A DNA stretch of 36,859 bases from an uncultured Acidobacteriaceae bacterium (lineage in GTDB: Bacteria; Acidobacteriota; Terriglobia; Terriglobales; Acidobacteriaceae), in the NCBI GenBank assembly GCA_964249905.1, contig CAXUEE010000008.1, forward strand, positions 3,764 through 40,622, written 5' to 3'. The notes below the pieces were generated by a model. That model was not told the origin of the DNA, did no database searches, and worked only from the letters and a program-made list of their open reading frames with translations. How positions within the stretch are numbered: the first letter of the stretch is position 1; each line of letters starts with the position of its first letter. Shown piece by piece: positions 28,055 to 36,859 of this stretch. The position numbers and the translations under genes were made by a program.

Positions 28055-29003
28055 CTACCGCTGCAATAGATAGATCGTTTTATTGGGCCATCCCAAACAG
28101 TCCTAAACTGACGAAGTGCTTGGAAGCCAAGAAAAACTACGGCGGGTTCTGTTATACCCAAACCCCGATAAGCGGGAGAACCGGTTGGCCGAATCGTCAC
28201 TGCAGCAAGGCTGATGTGACCTTTGGGCGTAAGCTCGAGATCCGCTACTCGGTAGACGACTTGTCCATCCTGATTCTTGCCCGACAGAGATATCAATTGA
28301 CCTGATGTGATCAGCGAAGCCCTACGTGTCGTTCATCTTCAAAAAGCCGCTCTGTCCCGTGTCGAAGGTCCGCGATGAGCGCCTGAGAACCTAAATTTAA
28401 CAGAGATGAGCGGATCGTTCGCGCGGCGCCGCGTCGTGAATGGAAGAGTGGCGAGAATTTTTTTCTCATCAAGCAGAGCCGGACGCGAACCTCGCGCATT
28501 CCTCTCTAGGTTCAGCTCTCGCCTGTTGTAGTCCAGCTCGAAAGCATACCCGCTGTAAGCTCCATAGCCGATGAAGCCCATGAAGTACGAAGTTATGTCT
28601 TTCTCAATAAAGCCAAGATCGTTGCTTTCTATCCATGGTATGTTTCCGCTCGTAAAACCGGGGATCCTCACCGAGTGAACACAGTCACGGATCGTCTCCG
28701 TATAGCTCTGGCCGCTGTCAACCTGAGCGTGACCGGCGAATTTGCCATTGCTTAGTCTAGTTAGAAAATGATCGTTCAGCACCAACGTTTCTGGCGTTCC
28801 GGTATCGAACATGATCTTGCCCTGTGTCCCATCTATGTCCGCGTGCAGGAACACAAACTCTTTCACGATCGTGAGCGGGACTGACACCCGATCTGCCGAT
28901 GGAGAAAGGGAGGTATTGCAGCTTCTATTCTGTGCTGCGCACAAAACAACGCAAAACGACAGAGTCAGCAGCAGCGACCGTGCAGCGTTTCAAACGAAAA
29001 CAT
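28055..29003 (-). pseudogene. Secreted tandem retropepsin-like aspartyl protease, frameshifted
   Basis: Signal-like RSLLLTLSFCVVLCAA; first motif GKIMFDTGT, GFIG; second motif FDTGQSG in another frame (about 28345-28366); end LGFQALRQFRTVWD / PNKTIYLLQR stop. Confidence 0.75.
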
Positions 29004-29907
29004 GAGGGAAGTCCATCCTGATCGGGCCGATGCTGACCGTAGGAGGTATTTAGCCCTCGCAGTCGCAGGTTAGAACGAAGGCAGAGCAACGCTGAGGTGT
29101 TCTGTGATGCGGTATACGGATCTCCCATGGCCTGCTCGATATCCGGAGGGTTTAATGAGTAGAGCACCTGGTACCGGTCATCATGGACTGATTTCACGTA
29201 TTCGCCTATTAAGCAGAGTCGCCAACTCGCTGGAGTTTTGCACTCCCTGAAATTGCCCTTGCCGATCATCCTGGATCAACGCATCTGAGATATGCTTCGA
29301 CAGCGTCTAGTCGACCACGTGCTGCTGAACGGAGGCGGCCACCAATGTCACGATTTGCTGAGAAGTGAGGAGCCCTGAGCCGAGTAGGACACTTCTCTCT
29401 CTGCGGCGACGGGCGTGCTTTTTGGACTTCAGCAGAAGACTTCCGGCCCCGAGTAGCGCGACACCTAAAAAAGCGGCGGCTGCCCAGATCTTCGCATTTT
29501 TTCACGCTCAGTAGAGAGTGGAGCGAAACGTAGTACACCCGACGGAGCCTCATGCCAAGTCATGTCTCGTTAGACACCTGCTTCTACTCTTTTGTTTCCA
29601 CGACGAGGTCGGTGGCTTCGCAACGTCAGTTCACTCTGGTTCGGCAAGTTGCATGAGCAGGTCAGGTCGTCCACAGCGCAATTCCGGACAGCAGAACTCC
29701 TGCTGTCTCAACTCGCTCGATACTCCTTGCCGTGCGATCGAGATCTCTCGCATATTTGAGGGGCCGACGGTTTTGAGGCCGGCAATACTTCCCTTGGCGT
29801 TGCCCACGTAGCGAAGCAGAACTGCAGAGCATGCTATTCGTTACGGACGTCACTATAATTCGGCTACTGATGTTGTTCGGGAATGAGAACACATTTGGAG
29901 AAACAGC

Positions 29908-32900
29908 ATGCTCATGCGCAGTCCGCTGACGAAGAGACCAGTCGGTGTGGACGCCCTGACGGTCTTGCGTACCTGGCTTTTTTGTCTTCTTCCCTGCTGG
30001 TCTTGTATATCGGCTCTTACACCCGCTCTCGCATTTCCAATGGATCGCAGCATCGCCCAATACGGCCATCGAAGCTGGCGCGTCCAAGATGGCTTCTTCA
30101 ATGGTCAACTCGCTGCAGTGGGGCAGACGACCGATGGCTATCTATGGATCGGAGGAACATTCGGTCTGGTGAGATTTGACGGCGTGCGTTTCCTGCCCAT
30201 GCCTCTTCCTTCAAGTAACGCCTCGGGGCTCATCTCCGTGACTGCGCTGCTCGGCACCGAGGATGGCGCGCTATGGATCGGCACAACTAGGGGCCTGTTT
30301 AGGTATGACCATGGCGATCCTAAATTCATCGCCGGCACGTCGGGCTCGATACGTCAGCTGCTGAGCGATCAGGATCATGGTGTGTGGCTCTCCCGCACCG
30401 AGCTCACGCAAGCAGACAGAGATCGGGAACTGTGCCATGTTTCCAGTCTTTCTGCACGTTGTTACGGACGCCAGGACGGAGTGGTTGGCACGGATCTGCG
30501 CGCCTTAGCGAAAGACCGCAACGGTGCCCTCTGGTTTGGAGCCCGCCACATCGTAGAGCAATGGAGCCCTTGGGCTCACCATCTTTACCCGATTCACGGA
30601 GTGAGGAACTACGCTGAGCTGGCCGGGGTAAATGCGCTCGCGATCGCGGCGGATGGGACGGTGTGGGTCGGAGAAGCGCCTGCCGGAAAAGACGAAGGCG
30701 CGAGCTTGGAAGTGCTCAAAGGCGCTAGTTTGAGGCCGTACCGGTCGGGTCGGTTGGGTATACCCGGTCAGCAAATCTTCTCTATGGCAGTGGACCGCGA
30801 CGGCTCACTGTGGGCGGCTACCACCGATCAGGGACTGTTCCGCCTCTCGGATGGCCATGCTGAGCACTACGGACGAGCTGACGGTCTGACTGGCGATCAG
30901 GCATTAAATGTCTTTGAGGATCGTGACGGAGATATCTGGGTGGCTACGAGCAAGGGGCTGGATTGCTTTTTCCAAACCCCTGTTGTGTCCTATGCAATCG
31001 GGCAAGGCCTGTCTACCGACGAGATTGATTCCGTTGCACCTGCCCGTTCGGGCGTGTGGCTAGGGACGACGCGCGGCATTCACATGCTGCCGTCCGGCGC
31101 GGCATCCGATGTCCCTAACACAAAGTTCAGCCCCAGGCAGGTATCCGCTTTGTTTGACGACGGGGCCGGACACACCTGGGCCGGTATCGGCGATGATCTT
31201 GAAGCTGAGGACAAGGGCCATGTTACTCGCATCACGAGATCGCGCGGCCGCTCGCTCGGCTTTGTGTACAGCTTGACGAGCGCCGGAGCGGGCAATTCAT
31301 GGGCCGAGGTGATGGAAGATGGAGTCGAACATCTCCTTCGAGTCTCCACGACCGCTGTTCTGGAAGATATCCCCTCTTCTGTCGTTCCCAATGCCATGCC
31401 GATGGCGTACGACGGTCATGGTCTCTGGCTCGGCGGCCGAAGCGGCGATCTACTCTACTTCGCGAACGGGCACACGACACGATTCCCATTTCCTCACGCC
31501 GCAACCGAGCGTATACGTCAAATCAGATTGCTCTCAGACGGTACGGTCTTGGCTGCAACGACCTTCGGTCTTCTCGGGCTTCGGCCTGGGCACGAGGAAC
31601 AGTTGCTGAGCACACAGAATGGTCTTCCATGCAAGTCGCTCCGAGGTTTCAGCCCTGACGAGCGTGGGAATCTGTGGATCACCAGTGAGTGCGGCATCTA
31701 TGAGTTGACGTCGACGGAGTTGAAACAGTGGTTTACCTCTCAAGAGATGAGCGTTCACCCAACCGTGCTGCAATCGACAGACGGTATTCAACCGAACTCT
31801 TCTGTATTCGGCGCTTCAGCGCGTTCAGGCGACGGCAAGATATGGTTTGCCACGGGCGGCGAGCTTCAGATGGTCGACCCTGCGCACATTGTGCCCCCAA
31901 TTACACCTGCAAAGCCGCGCATTGAATGTACTTTTGCAGATACGCGCGAATATGACAATACTGGCTTGGTTCGGTTTCCGCCGAAGCCGCGCGAGATAGA
32001 AATTGATTACACCAGCCCCACTCTCAGCGAATCACAGGCTGTCCTCTTTCGTTTCCGGCTACACGGCCACAACGACTCCTGGGTTCAGGCGGGAACGAGA
32101 CGGCAGGCCTTTTTCAACGACCTCAGTCCGGGCCGCTATACCTTTGAAGTGATGGCAGGAAGAGCCGATGGGCAATGGAACGACAGCATTGCCCACCTTA
32201 ACTTTGAGATTGCACCCACGTTCTACCAGACCCCCTGGTTCCGTACTCTTTCGGGTCTGGCTCTATGCTTTATGTTCTGGGGCGGCTACCGATGGAGACT
32301 TCATCAGGCGACAGAGACCATACACAATCGCCTGAGCGAACGGGTGTTGGAGCGTGAACGTATTGCGCGTGAGCTTCACGACACTCTTTTGCAAGGCTTT
32401 CAAGGTCTTCTGCTACGGTTTTATGCCGTGCAGAAGCAGCTGGCACCCGAAGAGCCTGCCAGAGGTGCGCTAGATGACGTGATGGACCGGGGGGACGCTC
32501 TGATCCAGGAGGCGCGCTTGCGCGTTCGTGCGCTTCGAATGGAAAAGGGGCAGGCGGATTCACTCTACGCCGCGATCAAGATCGAGGGAGAGCAGATGGC
32601 CAAGACATACCGGGCGCATTTCGCAATAGAGTGTCACGGCAAACAGCGGTCGCTCCAGGTAGTCTGCCAAGAAGAAATGACCGGCATAGCGAAAGAGGCT
32701 TTAGCTAATGCATTTAGACATGCAGAGGCTTCGCAGATCATCGCCGAGATCCACTTCCATGCTCGTGGCCTCACACTGCGCGTATCAGACGATGGCCGCG
32801 GTATCGACGCAGACGTTCTTCAGCGCATGATGCGCCCGGATCATTTCGGGATACCAGGAATGCGGGAGCGTGCTCGTGTGATTGGGGCAGATTTCACCAT

Positions 32901-32967
32901 TGCGAGTCCGAGCGCCGGCACCATCGTGACGGCATATGTGCCAGCACGAATCGCGTATTCGCAATGA
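29908..32967 (+). CDS. Sensor histidine kinase: Reg_prop beta-propellers, Y_Y_Y, TM, HisKA_3, HATPase
   Basis: 1019 aa. QTTDGYLWIG, DRDGSLWAAT, EDRDGDIWV repeats; FNDLSPGRYTFEV; ERERIARELHDTLLQ; DDGRG; HFGIPGMRER. Confidence 0.95.
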   Translation: MLMRSPLTKRPVGVDALTVLRTWLFCLLPCWSCISALTPALAFPMDRSIAQYGHRSWRVQDGFFNGQLAAVGQTTDGYLWIGGTFGLVRFDGVRFLPMPLPSSNASGLISVTALLGTEDGALWIGTTRGLFRYDHGDPKFIAGTSGSIRQLLSDQDHGVWLSRTELTQADRDRELCHVSSLSARCYGRQDGVVGTDLRALAKDRNGALWFGARHIVEQWSPWAHHLYPIHGVRNYAELAGVNALAIAADGTVWVGEAPAGKDEGASLEVLKGASLRPYRSGRLGIPGQQIFSMAVDRDGSLWAATTDQGLFRLSDGHAEHYGRADGLTGDQALNVFEDRDGDIWVATSKGLDCFFQTPVVSYAIGQGLSTDEIDSVAPARSGVWLGTTRGIHMLPSGAASDVPNTKFSPRQVSALFDDGAGHTWAGIGDDLEAEDKGHVTRITRSRGRSLGFVYSLTSAGAGNSWAEVMEDGVEHLLRVSTTAVLEDIPSSVVPNAMPMAYDGHGLWLGGRSGDLLYFANGHTTRFPFPHAATERIRQIRLLSDGTVLAATTFGLLGLRPGHEEQLLSTQNGLPCKSLRGFSPDERGNLWITSECGIYELTSTELKQWFTSQEMSVHPTVLQSTDGIQPNSSVFGASARSGDGKIWFATGGELQMVDPAHIVPPITPAKPRIECTFADTREYDNTGLVRFPPKPREIEIDYTSPTLSESQAVLFRFRLHGHNDSWVQAGTRRQAFFNDLSPGRYTFEVMAGRADGQWNDSIAHLNFEIAPTFYQTPWFRTLSGLALCFMFWGGYRWRLHQATETIHNRLSERVLERERIARELHDTLLQGFQGLLLRFYAVQKQLAPEEPARGALDDVMDRGDALIQEARLRVRALRMEKGQADSLYAAIKIEGEQMAKTYRAHFAIECHGKQRSLQVVCQEEMTGIAKEALANAFRHAEASQIIAEIHFHARGLTLRVSDDGRGIDADVLQRMMRPDHFGIPGMRERARVIGADFTIASPSAGTIVTAYVPARIAYSQ

Positions 32968-33239
32968 TTGCGTACGTTTCCGCTACCCTGAACACGAGCC
33001 CACATGGCGACGGTGTTCTTCCACCACAACGCATTCCGCTATCAGACCGGATCAGATACATGAGTCTGTCTAGGCGAGAAGAGCCAAGATGTAAGGCACC
33101 AATTAGAAAAGATCATCTACCTGGCCCATGCGATGGACTGCGATGGCTGCTTTCTAAGCAACGCTGCACCGCCTCGACCGCTCGCCAATCGCTATCTCTA
33201 CGGTGCTGGCATATCGGTCAGGTCAGAGTGCGGACTCTA

Positions 33240-34105
33240 TCAGCATCTAGCCTGTTCCTGAGTACGCTGAACCTTGCTGGCGAGGATACTATCTAGCATT
33301 GCTGGCTCTTCTCCAGTCCTTCGTAGGTGTGGGTAGCGCAAGCCGCCTTGCCAGACGGTCGACACCTTCTGCTGCCACCTACCTCTTTTGACGACGAGTT
33401 CGAGCGAGCCGCCGCTTGCTGCTTGGCGAACCGCATCTGTCAATAACTTTGGATCATACGGCTTGCCATCGACGGACACAATCGTTTCACCTACCGTGAG
33501 CCCGGCCTGGAACGCGGGTCCGCCCCAGTGAACGGCATAGATGGCGGCAGTGGGCGTCACGCGCATGCCAATGGAGTATGCAAGATCGAGCGGCTGGCTC
33601 GGCTGTACGGGCTCATCCGGCCCGCCGCTAAAGACGAGTTGGTAGCCGGTCCGATTGATGCTGTGCGCAAGGTGGCGTGGCCGTACTCGTCAAGACGCGC
33701 GTGTAAGAATGCTCGCCAGTCGTAAGGCTGGAGAGATAGAAGGGCGGCGAGCATCTGCTCCCACGTGTAGGTTCTCGTCACCGTTCCGTCGTCACTCGTA
33801 TCGAAGAAGGTCCGTGCGAAGTCGTCGAGCGACTTGCGGCCGCCACTCTGCTCGCGGATGGTAGCATCCGCTTCCAGCCAGATCATCTCGCCTAGGTCGT
33901 AGGTGTCAAACATGTTGCGCTGTCAGTTGGGCCAGGAGGCAGGTCTGCGCGCCAGAATCAGTGGATTGTTATTGTGTCTGCAAGCGTCCGCCCGTCGGCT
34001 CCCGCGTCAAGTGTCATCGACGCAGCAAGATTGGTGAAGCCACGCAAGGCGTCCTCGTGTGAGACAAGGTCTGCACGTGCAGAAAGAATGTCGGCCGGTA
34101 GCCTA
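33240..34105 (-). pseudogene. M61 peptidase, C-terminal half with PDZ domain
   Basis: ADILSAR; RRPASWPN*QR; IWLEADATIREQSGGRKSLDDFARTFF; QPYDWRAFL; VHWGGPAFQAGL; WQGGLRYPHL. Frameshifts and a stop; 5' half absent. Confidence 0.85.
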
Positions 34106-34589
34106 TCAAACCTGGCCCGTTGTTACGCACACGTCTCAGCAGGTGTGCCAACAATCCCCTATCCTGAGTAGGCGCTTTCTGGGGGTTATGGGACGTCCGT
34201 GAAATGGTCGCGAGATCTCCACTCCATACGAGAGCGCGCAAAGCGTGATCGCTTACAGGGACTGGGTGCGGGTCGCGTATAGGGGTTGTCTGCGGTCGCA
34301 TAGAGGTCTCGTATGCGCGCCGCTTATAGACTTTGTCAGCGGTTCACTCATAGCGTATTAGGCAGTGGAATTAAACACTTCTCTAAACAAGCTGTCTAAG
34401 AATGACAAAAACTGGAAAATGTAAGCGACGACGACGTGTTGCTTTCTTCAGCGCGTTCTGTGCTGAAGGACCGTCGAGACCTGAATCTAGCTAGATACGG
34501 CTTCTTGTCATGGGTTCGGTACTTTTACTTTGGTTTCCACGTCACGAATCGGTATACTTCGCCCATCTGCCTCCGCGCAAATAAGTTCG

Positions 34590-34773
34590 GAACCCGATTA
34601 CCTGAAAACTGCCGATGTGGCTGAATTCTGGGCATCTCGCAGCGGACCCTCCTGAGGAAGCTGGCGAGCGGGGTTTTCCCGGAGCCGTTGCGGGATGCCA
34701 GCAACAATTACCGCCGCTGGCGTCCTCAGATGTGCAAGCGGTACGCCAAAGTACACGAGCGGAAATCCGCATG
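34590..34773 (+). pseudogene. Excisionase/AlpA/MerR-like HTH remnant
   Basis: With two 1-nt repairs it reads DYLKTADVAEILGISQRTLLRKLASGVFPEPLRDASNNYRRWRP.DVQAVR. No start codon found. Confidence 0.65.
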
Positions 34774-34851
34774 ACACAGTCGTCATTTCCAATCAACGCG
34801 GTGGAATTTCGAAGACCACCACAACCACCACGATTGCCGCGAACGTATTCT

Positions 34852-35313
34852 ATGGCCCGTGCATCCACCCTCAAAGCCATCCGCCTCACGCACCTCTACT
34901 CGGGCGTCTTTCTAGCCCCAGCCATTCTCTTCTTCGCCATCACCGGCGGCTTGCAGATGTTCTCGCTTCACGAGACCACGCGCGGCAGCTCCTATGTTCC
35001 GCCCGCCATCCTCGTCCACCTGGCCCAGCTGCATAAAAAGGCCACGCTGACTGTACCTCAGCGCAAGCTGACCCCGGCGCCGTCCGCCGCTCCTACACCT
35101 GCTCCACCGCCCTCAAACAAACCGCCCGCAGCCGCGCAGCCCTCGTATCTCCCGATGAAGATCTTCTTTGCTCTTGTGGCGCTTGGGCTCGTGATCTCCA
35201 CTCTGTCCGGCCTGGTCATGTCCTGGACCTACACGCGCAACAAAACGCTGATTGCCGGAGCGTTTCTCGCCGGAATTCTTGTACCTGTTCTGCTGCTGCT
35301 ATTGCAGCGCTAG
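34852..35313 (+). CDS. PepSY-associated TM helix protein
   Basis: RLTHLYSGVFLAPAILFFAITG, LAQLHK, Pro/Ala linker, STLSGLVM. Three TM segments. Confidence 0.82.
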   Translation: MARASTLKAIRLTHLYSGVFLAPAILFFAITGGLQMFSLHETTRGSSYVPPAILVHLAQLHKKATLTVPQRKLTPAPSAAPTPAPPPSNKPPAAAQPSYLPMKIFFALVALGLVISTLSGLVMSWTYTRNKTLIAGAFLAGILVPVLLLLLQR

Positions 35314-35325
35314 CAACAATATGTA

Positions 35326-35420
35326 GCTGAACTCATATGACTGGCTAAACAGGCACGAACTCAATTATTTGAGTTCTGCTCAGGTTTGGAGCACCCTCGC
35401 TCTGCCACATATAGTTCAGC
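35326..35420. repeat. 95-bp nested imperfect hairpin between convergent genes
   Basis: Outer GCTGAACT/AGTTCAGC, ATATG/CATAT, TGGC/GCCA, AAAC/GTTT. Inner GAACTCAA-TTAT-TTGAGTTC (35357-35376). Confidence 0.65.
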
Positions 35421-35450
35421 GAGCCTTTGTTACTCCAAAAAAGTGTCACC

Positions 35451-36859
<1,409 letters not shown>

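Noticed and set aside
29010-29900. ORFs 28925-29269, 29266-29553 and 29518-29811, including an ankyrin-like phrase
   Set aside because: No convincing family motif or RBS. Likely eroded or non-coding.
34615-34851. N-terminal extension of the 232-aa ORF
   Set aside because: It overlaps the HTH relic, mostly in a different frame. The PepSY-TM homology starts at ATG 34852.

Overview
Bacterial window, probably Acidobacteriota (inferred from the GyrB, PepSY-TM and signal-peptide DinB types). About 34.8 kb of accessory, partly decayed DNA abuts core-like genes (a PepSY-associated TM gene and the 3' part of gyrB). Intact genes are mostly redox, detoxification or regulatory: a TetR plus FAD monooxygenase resembling tetracycline destructases, DUF3237, a Tat-exported alpha/beta hydrolase, an MhqR-like MarR, two bacterial UBP-type zinc-finger proteins, DUF5996, a TMEM175 channel, MarC, MDR and SDR oxidoreductases, SnoaL/NTF2 and VOC proteins, a cNMP-domain thioredoxin-reductase-like flavoprotein lacking CXXC, DinB, a beta-helix protein and a split NarL-type two-component pair. 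Every recognisable peptidase gene (tricorn S41, M13, two M61, a tandem aspartyl protease) is a pseudogene, and several genes are hollowed out by large internal deletions. The strongest unannotated signal is a palindrome, CTTGA-N2-TCAAG (extended TAYCTTGA-N2-TCAAGRTA), recurring in seven upstream or intergenic regions over 24 kb. It resembles the MhqR operator and suggests a MarR regulon linking the zf-UBP/DUF5996/TMEM175 cassette to the cNMP-TrxR-like enzyme. A frameshifted excisionase-like HTH sits at the island edge. No rRNA, tRNA, CRISPR array, integrase or transposase was seen. All family calls come from motif recognition by eye, not database searches.
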